This document shows, in pieces, positions 29,440 through 39,628 of a stretch of 64,000 bases of DNA. The translations under genes and the position numbers were made by a program. Position 1 is the first letter of the stretch. Every line of letters starts with the position of its first letter. This stretch comes from an uncultured Thermus sp. GTDB taxonomy: Bacteria; Deinococcota; Deinococci; Deinococcales; Thermaceae. Below the pieces are notes generated by a model. It searched no databases. It was given only the letters and a program-made list of their open reading frames with translations, and had not been told where the DNA came from. The stretch lies in the NCBI GenBank assembly GCA_947085095.1, contig CAMTVD010000013.1, positions 32,001-96,000 on the forward strand. The letters run 5' to 3'.

Positions 29440-31187
29440 TGCGTTACCTCTGGTTTGCCCTCTTGCTCTTGCCCTTGCTCCTGGCCCCTTTTCCCTTTTA
29501 CCTGACCCTCCTCAACTTCTTCGCCCTTTCCGCCCTGGTGGCCCTTTCCCTTTACGTCCTCACGGGGCTTGGGGGGATGACCAGCTTCGCCCAGGCGGCC
29601 TTCATGGGGATGGGGGCCTACGCCACGGCCCTCCTCACGGTGAAGGGGGGGTTTTCCCCGTGGCTGGGGCTTCTCCTGGGGCTGGCCCTCTCCTTCCTCC
29701 TGGCCCTGGTCCTGGGGGGGCTCACCGTGCGGCTTAAGGGCCACTTCCTGCCCCTTTCCACCATCGCCTGGCAGGTGGCCCTCTACATCCTGGCGGGGAA
29801 CCTGGTGGGGCTTACCGGGGGGCACACCGGCCTCACCGACCTTCCTCCCCTGCTCCTCCTGGGGCTTCCCCTGGACAACACCTTCCGCTATGCCTTTTTG
29901 GGGCTTTTCCTCCTGGTCCTCTCCGTCCTCGCCTTGCAGAACCTCCGGGAAAGCCGCCTGGGCCGGGCCCTTCTGGCCCTGAGGGGGGATGCTCTGGCCG
30001 CCGCCAGCTTCGGGGTGGACCCGGCGGGCCTGAGGCTGAAGGCCTTCCTCCTCGCCGGAGTCATGGCGGGGCTTGCGGGCTTCCTCTATGCCCACTTCCT
30101 CCGCTTTGTGAACCCCACCCCCTTTTCCCTGGAGGCCTCCATCAAGTACCTGGTGATGGCCGTGGCCGGGGGGGTGGGGTCCATCCCTGGGGTCCTCCTG
30201 GGGGCGGCCCTCTTCACCGGCTTGGAGGACTGGCTCAAGGACCTCCTCCCCCTCTTCCTGGGGCGGCAGGGGAACTACGAGACCATTGGCTACGGCCTCA
30301 TCCTGGCGGCCATCCTCATCCTGGCCCCCAGGGGCCTCTGGCCCCTTCTGGCCCGCTACCTCCCCCAAAAGGAGGGCCGCCTGCCCCAGGAGGCGCCCCT
30401 TTCCCTGAAGCCCCCCTCGGGGGCTAGGGGGGAGGTGGTCCTCGAGGCCCAGGGACTCAGGAAGGCCTTCGGGGGGCTGTTGGCGGTGAGCGGGGTCTCC
30501 TTCGCCCTGAGGCGGGGGGAGATCCTCGCCCTCATCGGCCCCAACGGGGCGGGGAAGACCACGGTCTTCAACCTCGTCACCGGGGCCATCCCCCCCGATG
30601 GGGGCCAGGTCTTCCTCTTCGGCCGGGAGATCACCGGCCTTCCCCCCCACCGCATCCACCCCCTGGGCCTGGGCCGCACCTTCCAGCACCCCCATCTCTT
30701 TCCCGAGCTTTCCGTCTTGGAGAACGTGGCCCTGGGGACCTATGCCCGCACCCGGGCGGGCTTCCCCCAGGTCCTCCTGGGCCTCCACCGGAAGGAGGAG
30801 GGAAGGGCCCTAGCCCTCGCCTACCAGGCCCTCAAGCGGGTGGGCCTGGAGAGCCTGGCCCTGGAGAGGGCCGAGAGGCTTCCCGCGGGGCAGCAGCGCC
30901 TCCTGGAGATCGCCCGCGTCCTGGCCTCGGGAGCGGAGGTCCTTCTCCTGGACGAGCCGGGGGCGGGGCTCAGGGCGGGGGAGAAGCGGGAGCTGGCCCA
31001 CCTCCTCAGGTCCCTGAGCCGCGAGGGGTACACCATCCTCATCGTGGACCACGACATGGACCTGATCATGGGCCTGGCGGACCGGGTGGTGGTGATGAAC
31101 TACGGGGAGAAGATCGCCGAGGGCACGCCCATGGAGGTGCAGAGGAACCCCCTGGTGCGGGCCGCTTACCTGGGGGAGGTGGCGTGA
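29439..31187 (+). CDS. Liv-type ABC permease-ATPase fusion (LivM+LivG)
   Basis: N-terminal TM permease; GPNGAGKT, RTFQ, LLLDEP. Confidence 0.9.
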   Translation: MRYLWFALLLLPLLLAPFPFYLTLLNFFALSALVALSLYVLTGLGGMTSFAQAAFMGMGAYATALLTVKGGFSPWLGLLLGLALSFLLALVLGGLTVRLKGHFLPLSTIAWQVALYILAGNLVGLTGGHTGLTDLPPLLLLGLPLDNTFRYAFLGLFLLVLSVLALQNLRESRLGRALLALRGDALAAASFGVDPAGLRLKAFLLAGVMAGLAGFLYAHFLRFVNPTPFSLEASIKYLVMAVAGGVGSIPGVLLGAALFTGLEDWLKDLLPLFLGRQGNYETIGYGLILAAILILAPRGLWPLLARYLPQKEGRLPQEAPLSLKPPSGARGEVVLEAQGLRKAFGGLLAVSGVSFALRRGEILALIGPNGAGKTTVFNLVTGAIPPDGGQVFLFGREITGLPPHRIHPLGLGRTFQHPHLFPELSVLENVALGTYARTRAGFPQVLLGLHRKEEGRALALAYQALKRVGLESLALERAERLPAGQQRLLEIARVLASGAEVLLLDEPGAGLRAGEKRELAHLLRSLSREGYTILIVDHDMDLIMGLADRVVVMNYGEKIAEGTPMEVQRNPLVRAAYLGEVA

Positions 31188-31912
31188 TGCTTTTGGTGGA
31201 GAACCTTACCGTGCGTTACGGCCCCCTCGAGGCGGTGCGGGGAGTGTCCTTGGCCCTGGAGGAGGGGGAGGCCCTGGCGGTGATCGGCCCCAACGGGGCG
31301 GGGAAGACGAGCCTCCTCCGGGGGCTTCTGGGCCTGGCCTCTTCCGAGGGCCGGGTTGTTCTGGACGGGGCGGAGCTCCGCTCCCGAAGCCCCGAGGGCC
31401 TCCTGGCCCAAGGGATGGTTCTGGTGCCCGAGGGCCGGGCCCTCTTTCCCGGGCTTTCCGTGGAGGACAACCTGCTCCTTGGGGGGTTTACCCGCTTCCG
31501 CAAGGGGGAGGACCTGAGGGCTGATCTGGAGCGGGTCTACGCCCTCTTCCCAAGGCTTCTGGAGCGGAGGCGGCAGCCCGCGGGGACGCTTTCCGGGGGG
31601 GAGCAGCAGATGCTGGCCATGGGCCGGGCCCTCATGGCCAGGCCCAGGCTCCTCCTTCTGGACGAGCCCTCCCTGGGCCTCGCCCCCCTGATGGTGCGGG
31701 AGATCTACCGCATCCTGGGGGAACTCAAAAAGGAAGGGACCACGCTTCTCGTGGTGGAGCAGAACGCCAAGGTGGCCCTGGAGCTGGCGGACCGGGGGCT
31801 GGTCCTCGAGGCGGGGGAGATGGTCCTTTTGGGCCCTGCGGCGGAGCTTAAGGAGAACCCCCGGGTGGTGGAGGCCTACCTGGGCATGGTCCGGGAGGTG
31901 GAAGAGGGATGA
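31184..31912 (+). CDS. Liv-type ABC ATPase (LivF-like)
   Basis: GPNGAGKT, LSGGEQQM, DEPSLGLAP, VEQN. Confidence 0.92.
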   Translation: MMLLVENLTVRYGPLEAVRGVSLALEEGEALAVIGPNGAGKTSLLRGLLGLASSEGRVVLDGAELRSRSPEGLLAQGMVLVPEGRALFPGLSVEDNLLLGGFTRFRKGEDLRADLERVYALFPRLLERRRQPAGTLSGGEQQMLAMGRALMARPRLLLLDEPSLGLAPLMVREIYRILGELKKEGTTLLVVEQNAKVALELADRGLVLEAGEMVLLGPAAELKENPRVVEAYLGMVREVEEG

Positions 31913-32289
31913 GGGACCCCTTTATGGAGACCCTGGGGCTAAGGGTCCTCTACCTGGCCCCGGGGGAGGCGGTGGTGGCCGGGGAGGTGGGCGAGGGGCA
32001 CCTCAACCTTCACGGCACCGCCCACGGGGGCTTCCTCTACGCCCTGGCGGATAGCGCCTTCGCCCTGGCCTCCAACTCCCGAGGGGCTGCGGTGGCCCTT
32101 TCCTGCCGCATGGACTACTTCCGCCCCCTCGCCCCAGGGGCCCGCGTGGAGGCCCGGGCCAAGGAGGTGAACCTTTCCCGGCGCACGGCCACCTACCAGG
32201 TGGAGGTGGTCTCGGAAGGCAAAAGGGTGGCCCTCTTCACGGGCACCGTCTTTCGCTTGGGAGGTGAGGAGGATGATGTTCCAGCCTGA
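31909..32289 (+). CDS. paaI: Phenylacetyl-CoA thioesterase
   Basis: NLHGTAHGGFLYALADSAFALASN hotdog motif. Confidence 0.92.
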   Translation: MRDPFMETLGLRVLYLAPGEAVVAGEVGEGHLNLHGTAHGGFLYALADSAFALASNSRGAAVALSCRMDYFRPLAPGARVEARAKEVNLSRRTATYQVEVVSEGKRVALFTGTVFRLGGEEDDVPA

Positions 32290-33610
32290 GTTGGAAACCC
32301 TACCGCGGGAGAGGCTTAGGAAGCTCCAGGAGGAGCGGCTACGCCACATCGTGGCCTACGTCTACCAAAGGGTGCCCTTTTACCGCCAGCGCCTGGAGGA
32401 GGCGGGGGTGGACCCCAAGGGGGTGCGGGGCCTCGAGGACCTCCCCAGGCTCCCCTTCACCAAAAAGGACCACCTGCGGGAGAACTACCCCTTTGGCCTC
32501 TTCGCCGTGCCCCGGGAGGAGGTGGCCCGGATCCACGCCTCTAGCGGCACCACGGGCAAGCCCACGGTGGTGGGCTACACCAAGGGCGACCTCCAGGTCT
32601 TCGCCGAGGTGGTGGCCCGGTCCCTGGCGGCGGCGGGGGCCAGACCCGGGATGATGCTCCACAACGCCTACGGCTACGGCCTCTTCACCGGCGGCCTGGG
32701 CCTCCACGGGGGGGCGGAGGCCTTGGGCATGACCGTGGTGCCGGTTTCCGGGGGGATGACCGAGCGCCAGATCCTGCTGATCCAGGACTTCCGCCCCCAG
32801 GTCATCTCCTGCACCCCCTCCTATGCCCAGACCCTGGCCGAGGAGTTCAAAAAGCGGGGGGTTCCCCCGGTGGCCCTTTCCCTGGAGTACGCCGTCTTGG
32901 GGGCGGAGCCCTGGACCGAGGCCATAAGGAAGCAGGTGGACGAGGGGCTGGGGGTGAGGAGCACCAACATCTACGGCCTCTCCGAGATCATCGGCCCTGG
33001 AGTTTCCAACGAGTGCGTGGAGGAGAGGCAGGGGAGCCACATCTGGGAGGACCACTTCCTGCCCGAGGTGGTGGACCCGGACACGGGGGAGCCCCTCCCC
33101 GAGGGCAGGGTGGGGGTCTTGGTCTTCACCACCCTCACCAAGGAGGCCATGCCCCTCCTCCGCTACTGGACGGGGGACCTCACCTTCCTCACCCACGAGC
33201 CTTGCGCCTGCGGCCGCACCCACGTGCGCATGGGCCCCATCCTGGGCCGCACCGACGATATGCTCATCATCCGGGGGGTGAATGTCTACCCCACCCAGGT
33301 GGAGGCGGTGCTCCTGGGCATCCCCGAGGTGGAGCCCCACTACCAGATCGTGGTGCGCCGGGAGGAAACCTTGGACGAGGCCGAGCTCAAGGTGGAGGTG
33401 ACCGAGGACTTCTTCCGGGAGATCGGAGAGAAGGCCCTTTCCGACGAGGTCATAGAGGCGGACCACCGCCTGCACGCCCTCAGGGAGAAGGTGGCCCGCA
33501 AGATCAAGGACACCATCGGGGTCAGTATGCGGGTCACCCTCCTGGCCCCGGGGCAGGCCCCGCGGAGCGAAGGGGGGAAGCTGAGGCGGGTTCTGGATCT
33601 GAGGAAGTAG
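32273..33610 (+). CDS. paaK: Phenylacetate-CoA ligase
   Basis: HASSGTTGKPT, YGYGLFTGG, YGLSEIIGPGV, GRTDDMLIIRGVN. Confidence 0.95.
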   Translation: MMFQPELETLPRERLRKLQEERLRHIVAYVYQRVPFYRQRLEEAGVDPKGVRGLEDLPRLPFTKKDHLRENYPFGLFAVPREEVARIHASSGTTGKPTVVGYTKGDLQVFAEVVARSLAAAGARPGMMLHNAYGYGLFTGGLGLHGGAEALGMTVVPVSGGMTERQILLIQDFRPQVISCTPSYAQTLAEEFKKRGVPPVALSLEYAVLGAEPWTEAIRKQVDEGLGVRSTNIYGLSEIIGPGVSNECVEERQGSHIWEDHFLPEVVDPDTGEPLPEGRVGVLVFTTLTKEAMPLLRYWTGDLTFLTHEPCACGRTHVRMGPILGRTDDMLIIRGVNVYPTQVEAVLLGIPEVEPHYQIVVRREETLDEAELKVEVTEDFFREIGEKALSDEVIEADHRLHALREKVARKIKDTIGVSMRVTLLAPGQAPRSEGGKLRRVLDLRK

Positions 33611-33613
33611 ACC

Positions 33614-34078
33614 ATGCGCCCTATTCCCATCGGTTACGAGGGGGTCTTTGAGACCGTGGTCACGGAAGAGATGACCGTGGACTTTGAGGAGCTGGGGCGC
33701 GTCCACCCCGTCTACGCCACCTACTGGATGGCCAAGCACATGGAGCTGGCGGGGCGGAAGATCATCCTCCCCTTCCTGGAGGAGGGGGAGGAGGGGATCG
33801 GGAGCTACGTGGAGGTGCGGCACCTGGCCTCGGCCCTGCCCGGGATGCGGGTCCGGGTGGTGGCCCGGCATGAGCGCACGGAGGGGAACCGGGTCCACGC
33901 CAGCGTGGAGGTCTACAACGAGCTGGGGGACCTGATCGGTCGGGGACGGACGGAGCAGGTGATCCTGCCCAAGGGTAAGGTGGAAGCCCTTTTTGCGGGG
34001 CTAAGGGAGCGGTGGGAGGCGTTTCGGGGGAGCGAGGTGGTTAGGGGAGAGATCGGTCACGAGCAACATGAATCGTGA
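33614..34078 (+). CDS. FlK-like hotdog thioesterase
   Basis: [24 protein letters not shown]. Confidence 0.8.
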   Translation: MRPIPIGYEGVFETVVTEEMTVDFEELGRVHPVYATYWMAKHMELAGRKIILPFLEEGEEGIGSYVEVRHLASALPGMRVRVVARHERTEGNRVHASVEVYNELGDLIGRGRTEQVILPKGKVEALFAGLRERWEAFRGSEVVRGEIGHEQHES

Positions 34079-34123
34079 AATAATACACATATAGCCCACA
34101 ACCCCCACGCCTCACACATCCCC

Positions 34124-36118
34124 TCACCGGGGCCTCCTCGCCACCAGGGTGAGGATGGTGTAAGCGGCCACCACCTTCCCGTCCTGGTTCTGCACCTCCA
34201 CCGCCCACTCCACCACCCCGGTTTTATCGTCCCGGGGGCGTTTGCTCTTCACGGTGAGCCGGGCCTGGAGGGTGTCCCCGGCGGCCACGGGCTCAATGAA
34301 GCGCAGGCCCTCGAGGCCGTAGTTGGCCAGCACCGGCCCCGGGGCGGGGTCCACGAAGAGCCCGGCGGCGGCGGAGAGGACGAAGTAGCCGTGGGCCACC
34401 CGCTTACCGAAAAGGCTTTCCCGCGCTGAGACCTCGTCGGTGTGGGCATAGAAGTGGTCCCAGGAGAGGGCGGAGAAAAGGGTGATGTCCGCCTCCGTGA
34501 CCGTGCGGCGGTGGGTGGTGAGGGTTTCCCCGATCTCCAGCTCCTCGTAGAGCTTGCGGAAGGGGTGGACCTGGGCGGGCTTCTCCGCCCCCTTGGCGTA
34601 CTCGCCCAAAAGGGCCTGGAGGGTTTCCGGGTCCCCCTGGAGGGCCAGGCGGGCCAGGTGGGCCTTGACGGAGAGAAGCCCCCCCAGCTCCAGCCCGCCC
34701 CCGGCTCGCCCCGGCCCCCCGTGGAGGAGGCGGGGCAGGGGGGAGCCGTGGCCCGTGGAGGCCTGGGCGTCCCGCCGGTTCAGGAAGTGCACCCGGCCCA
34801 CCTCGCCCCCGAGGCCCAGGAGGAGGAATCGGGCCTCCTCGGGGTCTGGGGTGGCAAGGGTGGCGACCAGCATCCCCCCGGCCAGGCGGGTGAGCCTCAG
34901 GGCCTCCTCTAGGTCCCGGTAGGGGAAGAAGGTGGCCACGGGGCCGAAGGGCTCAATCCGGTGCAGGGCCTCGGCCCAGGGGTCTTCCGCCAAAAGGAGG
35001 GTGGGGGGGAAGAAGGCCCCGTCCCGCCTCCCGGGGTGGGCCCAGTGGACCCTGGCCCCCGCTCCTATAAGCCCTTCCACCGCCTGTTCCACCTCCCTTT
35101 TCTGGGCCAGGGAGGCCAGGGGCCCCAGGTCCACCCCCTCCTCCCTCGGGTCCCCCAAGGTAAGCCCCTCCAGGTGCCTCCGGGTGGCCTCTAGAAGGGC
35201 CTCCAGGCGCTCTGCGGGCGCCAGGACCCGCCGGATGGCCGTGCACCGCTGCCCCGTCTTGATGGTGAGCTCGGCGGCGATCTCCTCGGCAAGGCGCTCC
35301 AGTTCCTCTTCTCCCGCCTTCTCCCCCAGGATGGCGGCGTTGAGGGAGTCGGTTTCCCCGTTGAAGTGGGCCCCCCGCTCCAGGAAGGCGGGATGGGTGC
35401 GCAAGGCATCGGCGGTGGCCTTGGAGCCGGTGAAGTAGACGCTATCCCGGTGGTCCAGGGCCTCGAGGGCCTCCCCCAGCCCCCCGGCCACGAACTGGAG
35501 GCTCCCTTCCGGGAGAAGCCCCGAGTCCAGCATGAGGCGCGCCAGCCCCTCGGCCACGTGGGCCGTGGGGGTGGCGGGCTTGACCAGCGTGGGCACCCCC
35601 GCTAAGAAGGCGGGGGCCAGCTTCTCCAGCAGCCCCCAGACCGGGAAGTTGAAGGCGTTGATCTGGAGCGTGATCCCGCCCTTGGGCGCCAGGATGTGCC
35701 GCCCCTGGAAGGAGAGGTCCTTGGAGAGGGGGATGAACTCCTCCTCGGGAAGGAGATTCCCCTCGGGGAGGGCGCGGGCCAGGGAGCTGTAGGCGAAGAG
35801 GACCCCGATTCCCCCGTCCACGTCGTACCAGGCATCCCGCCTGGTGCCCCCGGTGGTGGCGTAGAGGCGGTAAAGCTCCTCCTTTCGCTCCGAGAGGTAC
35901 TGGGCCAAGGCCCTAAGGCGCTTTCCCCTTTCCTGGAAGCCGAGGGCAAGGAGGGCCTTGCCCCCCACCTCCCTTCCCCAGGCCACGGCCTCCTTTAGGG
36001 GGAGGCCCTCCGAGGTCACCCAGAAAAGCGCCTCCCCGGTGGCGGCGTCCCGGATGACCGCTCCTTCGCCGGCGCCCTCCCGCCAGGCGCCCATCAGGTA
36101 GCTCTGCAGTTTGCGCAT
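34124..36118 (-). CDS. paaZ: Bifunctional oxepin-CoA hydrolase/aldehyde dehydrogenase
   Basis: INAFNFPVWG, ETDSLN, GQRCTAIRR, STGHGSPLP; C-terminal MaoC domain DHFYAHTD. Confidence 0.95.
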   Translation of the reverse strand: MRKLQSYLMGAWREGAGEGAVIRDAATGEALFWVTSEGLPLKEAVAWGREVGGKALLALGFQERGKRLRALAQYLSERKEELYRLYATTGGTRRDAWYDVDGGIGVLFAYSSLARALPEGNLLPEEEFIPLSKDLSFQGRHILAPKGGITLQINAFNFPVWGLLEKLAPAFLAGVPTLVKPATPTAHVAEGLARLMLDSGLLPEGSLQFVAGGLGEALEALDHRDSVYFTGSKATADALRTHPAFLERGAHFNGETDSLNAAILGEKAGEEELERLAEEIAAELTIKTGQRCTAIRRVLAPAERLEALLEATRRHLEGLTLGDPREEGVDLGPLASLAQKREVEQAVEGLIGAGARVHWAHPGRRDGAFFPPTLLLAEDPWAEALHRIEPFGPVATFFPYRDLEEALRLTRLAGGMLVATLATPDPEEARFLLLGLGGEVGRVHFLNRRDAQASTGHGSPLPRLLHGGPGRAGGGLELGGLLSVKAHLARLALQGDPETLQALLGEYAKGAEKPAQVHPFRKLYEELEIGETLTTHRRTVTEADITLFSALSWDHFYAHTDEVSARESLFGKRVAHGYFVLSAAAGLFVDPAPGPVLANYGLEGLRFIEPVAAGDTLQARLTVKSKRPRDDKTGVVEWAVEVQNQDGKVVAAYTILTLVARRPR

Positions 36119-36133
36119 GCCTTCCTCTTGCCC

Positions 36134-36589
36134 CTAGACCGCCTTAAACGCCTCAAACACCTCCCCGCAAGCGCCACACTGGTAGAGCATCTTGCAGAGC
36201 GTGGCCCCGAAGGGGTTCCTGAGGACCACCTGGGGGCTTCCGCACCGGGGGCAGGCGGGGTCCTGGTGGGCCATGGGGAGGGGGAGGGGCGGGGCGATGC
36301 CGTAGGCGAGGAGCTTCGCCTTGGCTTCCTCGGTCATGGCCTCGGTGCTCCAGGGGGTCCTCTCCTCCACCACCTCCACCTCTCCCGCCCCCGCCGCCCT
36401 CAGGGCCCTTTGGATCTCCTCCCGGATGAGCCCCAGGGCGGGGCAGCCTGAGAAGGTGGGGCGGAAGCGGACCCTAATCTTTTCCCCCTCCACCTCCAGG
36501 CCCAGGACCATCCCCATCTCCACGATGTTGAGGACGGGGATCTCTGGGTCCTTGACCCCTTCTAGGGCCTCCCAGTAGCGCTCTACCAC
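36134..36589 (-). CDS. paaD: Phenylacetyl-CoA epoxidase subunit D
   Basis: [31 protein letters not shown] start 36589. Confidence 0.92.
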   Translation of the reverse strand: MVERYWEALEGVKDPEIPVLNIVEMGMVLGLEVEGEKIRVRFRPTFSGCPALGLIREEIQRALRAAGAGEVEVVEERTPWSTEAMTEEAKAKLLAYGIAPPLPLPMAHQDPACPRCGSPQVVLRNPFGATLCKMLYQCGACGEVFEAFKAV

Positions 36590-37341
36590 GCCTTGGCCTC
36601 CCGGTCCCAGCGGGCCACGGACTGCATCTCGGCGAGGAGGGACCACAGGTATTCCGTGTGCTCCTTGCGGCTTTTAGGCACGTACCCGCCCTCGGGCACC
36701 CTAAGCCCCACCCCCTTGAGGAAGCTTTCCACCTCCTCTAGGTAGGGGCCCTCGAGGGCCCGCAGATCCGGCAGGATCCCCGCCTCCACCAGGGCCCCTT
36801 CCTCCTCCAGGGGGCAGAAGAGCTGGCGGGCGTAGGGGAAGAGGAGGTCCAGGGCCTCCTGGGCCCTCCGGTGGGACTCCTCCGTCCCCAGGGCGAGCCT
36901 CTCCACCCAGAGGGAGGAGTGCTTGAGGTGGAAGCGCTCCTCCTTGAGGATGCGGCCCGCCACCTCCGCCAGGGGAGGGTAGCCCGACCGGGAAGCCCCC
37001 TGGAGCCAGAGGTGCTCGTAGGCGTCAAAGAGGTACTGCCGCACCATGGTGAAGGCCCAGTCTCCCTTGGGAAGCTCCACCAGGACAGCGTTCTGGTAGT
37101 CCAGGGGATCCCGGAGGAAGACCAGCTCGTCGGGGTCGCTGCCGTCCAGCTCCCGCCTCAGCTCCAGGTAGAGCTTGGCGTGGCCCAGCTCGTCCTGGGC
37201 CAGGTTGGCAATGGCGATGTCCTCCTCGAGGATGGGGGCGTGGCCCACCCACTCGGAAAGCCTTTGGGCCAGGACCACCTCGTCGTCGGCCAGGGCGGTG
37301 AGCTTCCGGATCAGGGCCTCCTTCAGGTAGGGGTCAAGCAT
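36583..37341 (-). CDS. paaC: Phenylacetyl-CoA epoxidase subunit C
   Basis: [32 protein letters not shown]. Confidence 0.94.
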   Translation of the reverse strand: MLDPYLKEALIRKLTALADDEVVLAQRLSEWVGHAPILEEDIAIANLAQDELGHAKLYLELRRELDGSDPDELVFLRDPLDYQNAVLVELPKGDWAFTMVRQYLFDAYEHLWLQGASRSGYPPLAEVAGRILKEERFHLKHSSLWVERLALGTEESHRRAQEALDLLFPYARQLFCPLEEEGALVEAGILPDLRALEGPYLEEVESFLKGVGLRVPEGGYVPKSRKEHTEYLWSLLAEMQSVARWDREAKAW

Positions 37342-37855
37342 CCTCCACCTCCTTGGCGGTGATGAGGCCGTAGTAGGACTGCAGGCGGTAGGTCTTGTCC
37401 TTGGCAGGGGCGAACCAGCTCTCTATGACCTCCGCCTTGGGCTCCGTGCCCAGGATCACCCTCTCGGGCACCGCCCAGAAGGCCACCCCCTGGGCCTGGA
37501 GCAGGGCCTCCTTCACCGCCTCCCCCGGGCTCTTGGCCAGGAAGCGGCCCACCAGGTCCCCGTAGACCATGCTGCGGCGGTGGCTCCGCTTGGCGAAGAC
37601 CCAGTAGGCCTCCGCCTCCCCCTCGGGCATCTCCAGGGCCATGGGGTCTCTAAGCCCCTCCTGGGTGACGTGGAAGAAGGCCTCCGCCGGGGCCACGAAG
37701 AGGGCGTAGGCGGAAGGCCGCCTCACGAAGACGTGCCGGGCGATGAGGAGGGCGTGCTCGGGGTCGGCGGCGTGCACCGAGCCCACCATCTGGGGCAGGC
37801 TCCTTTCCGTGTCCTGCTTGATGACCTCGTACCGGGGCCACTCCGTTCCCCACAT
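37334..37855 (-). CDS. paaB: Phenylacetyl-CoA epoxidase subunit B (long Thermus form)
   Basis: [33 protein letters not shown]. Confidence 0.88.
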   Translation of the reverse strand: MWGTEWPRYEVIKQDTERSLPQMVGSVHAADPEHALLIARHVFVRRPSAYALFVAPAEAFFHVTQEGLRDPMALEMPEGEAEAYWVFAKRSHRRSMVYGDLVGRFLAKSPGEAVKEALLQAQGVAFWAVPERVILGTEPKAEVIESWFAPAKDKTYRLQSYYGLITAKEVEDA

Positions 37856-37864
37856 GGCCTCCTC

Positions 37865-38836
37865 CTAGTCAGCGGCCTGGGCCAGGCTCCGCTTGGCGTG
37901 GGCCTCGAGGGCCTCCCGCACCCAGCGCCCCTCCTCGTGGGCCCTCCTGCGGGCCAGGAGGCGGTGGCGGTTCATGGGGCCCTCGCCGCCAATCACCTTC
38001 CAGAACTCCTCCCAGGGGATGGGGCCGTGGAGCCAGTTCCCCGTCTTCTCGTCGTAGCGAAGCTCGGGGTCAGGGGGGGTGAGCCCCGCCTCCAGGAGCT
38101 CGGGGACGTGCTCGTTTAGGAACTCCTGGCGGATCTGGTCGTTGGTCTTGGTCTTGATGCCCCAGCGGAGGAGGAGGGGGGTGTGGGGGGATTCCGAGTC
38201 GTGGGGCCCCGCCATCATCAGGGTGGGCCACCACCAGCGGTTCAGGGCATCCTGGACCATCTGCCTTTGCTTCCTGGTCCCCTTGGCGTAGAGGAGGACG
38301 GCCTCCTTCCCCTGCTTGTGGTGGAAGGTCTCCTCGGCGCAGATGCGCACCATGGCCCGGGAGTAGGGGCCGTAGGAGGACTGGGCCAGCATGGTCTGGT
38401 TCTTGATGGCCATGCCGTCCACCAGCCAGCCGATGATGCCGATGTCCGCCCAGGTGAGGGTGGGGTAGTTGAAGATGTTGGAGTACTTGGCCCTCCCCGA
38501 AAGGAGGGCTTCCACCATCTCCTCCCGGCTGACCCCCAGGGTCTCGGCGGCGTGGTAGAGGTACTGGCCGTGGCCCGCCTCGTCCTGGACCTTGGCCAAG
38601 AGGATGAGCTTCCGCCTTATGGAGGGGGCCCGGGGGATCCAGGCCCCTTCGGGGAGCATGCCCACCCACTCGCTGTGGGCGTGCTGGGAGATCATGCGGA
38701 CGAGCTGGCGGCGGTACTCGGCCGGCATCCAGTCCCCAGGCTCAATCTTCTCCCCCCGGGCAATCCTGGCCTCAAACTCCGCAAGCCTCTCCCCGTAGTC
38801 GGGGTCCTCCGGGTAGCCGATCCTAAGCCTGACCAT
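37865..38836 (-). CDS. paaA: Phenylacetyl-CoA epoxidase subunit A
   Basis: [29 protein letters not shown]; start ATG 38836. Confidence 0.96.
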   Translation of the reverse strand: MVRLRIGYPEDPDYGERLAEFEARIARGEKIEPGDWMPAEYRRQLVRMISQHAHSEWVGMLPEGAWIPRAPSIRRKLILLAKVQDEAGHGQYLYHAAETLGVSREEMVEALLSGRAKYSNIFNYPTLTWADIGIIGWLVDGMAIKNQTMLAQSSYGPYSRAMVRICAEETFHHKQGKEAVLLYAKGTRKQRQMVQDALNRWWWPTLMMAGPHDSESPHTPLLLRWGIKTKTNDQIRQEFLNEHVPELLEAGLTPPDPELRYDEKTGNWLHGPIPWEEFWKVIGGEGPMNRHRLLARRRAHEEGRWVREALEAHAKRSLAQAAD

Positions 38837-39407
38837 CCTCACCTCCTTCTCCTGCGCCAAGGACCTTCAGCGCCATCCTGGCGTAGGCTTCCGAAAACTC
38901 CTCCAGAGACATTGGCCCCTCGGGCCGGTACCACTGGTAGGTCCAGTTGAGGGCCGAGAGGAGGAAGAGGGTGGCCAGGCGGGGGTTGTCCACCCGGAAA
39001 ACCCCCTTTTCCACCCCCTCGGCGATGACCCGCTGCACCCCTTCCTCGTAGCGGTCCCTTAGGGCCTTGGCCTCCTCCAGGAGGGGAGGGGAGAGGTGCT
39101 TCCACTCGTGGAAGAAGACCGTGGCCCGGGGAAGCTCCTCGGCGATGACCCTGAGGTGCCCCTTGACCAAGGCCACCAGGCGCTCCCTGGGCCCGGCCTC
39201 CGGGAGGCCCTCCAGCACCTCCTGGAAGCGGGCCGCCGCCTGGCGCACCACCTCCAGGAGGAGCTCTTCCTTGGAGGCGATGTGGGCGTAGAGGCTTCCC
39301 CCCTGGAGGTTCAGGGCCTGGGCCAGGTCGCGGATGCTGGTGGCGTGGTACCCCCGCTGGCTGAAGAGGTGTCCGGCCATCTGGAGGATCTGGCTGCGGC
39401 GGTCCAT
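38823..39407 (-). CDS. paaR: TetR-family repressor of paa genes
   Basis: TetR HTH ([11 protein letters not shown]...[13 protein letters not shown]); first gene of the paa operon. Confidence 0.88.
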   Translation of the reverse strand: MDRRSQILQMAGHLFSQRGYHATSIRDLAQALNLQGGSLYAHIASKEELLLEVVRQAAARFQEVLEGLPEAGPRERLVALVKGHLRVIAEELPRATVFFHEWKHLSPPLLEEAKALRDRYEEGVQRVIAEGVEKGVFRVDNPRLATLFLLSALNWTYQWYRPEGPMSLEEFSEAYARMALKVLGAGEGGEDGQA

Positions 39408-39409
39408 GG

Positions 39410-39461
39410 CTAACGATCGCTTGTTAGGTTAGCACAGCCCGAGTATAGGGACAAGTGTCCC
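39410..39461 (-). promoter_or_regulatory. paaR promoter and operator
   Basis: CAAGCGATCGTTAG (39423-39410, one mismatch to PaaR consensus); -10 TATACT (39447-39442); palindrome GGGACAAGTGTCCC (39448-39461). Confidence 0.7.
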
Positions 39462-39472
39462 AAGTCACCTTT

Positions 39473-39501
39473 CGCCCCATCCCCACGTGGGTGGGAACTA
39501 C
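39473..39501 (-). CRISPR. Solitary degenerate type I-E-like CRISPR repeat
   Basis: Reverse complement GTAGTTCCCACCCACGTGGGGATGGGGCG, 23/29 to the recalled Thermus I-E repeat GTAGTCCCCACGCGTGTGGGGATGGACCG; no repeat at +/-61 nt. Confidence 0.65.
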
Positions 39502-39628
39502 GAGACCGCCCAGGCCGCGGTGGCCTTGCCCTTATAAAGGGCTGTTTGACCTCATGATTGCGGCGACCCCTTGGGCACACAACCGCACCTTGCTCACCGA
39601 AAACACCAGGGACTCCGCCGCCGGGTGA
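39502..39628 (+). pseudogene. VapC/PIN toxin C-terminal remnant
   Basis: 39542-39628 translates as LFDLMIAATPWAHNRTLLTENTRDSAAG*, matching the PIN motif DxxIAAtAlahxxtLvTxNxkDF; no N-terminus. Confidence 0.65.

Noticed and set aside
522..38950. Many long antisense or alternate-frame ORFs (e.g. 4261-5709, 7478-9079, 27235-28899, 32339-33898)
   Set aside because: Shadow ORFs expected from high GC3; they overlap well-supported genes and show no family motifs.
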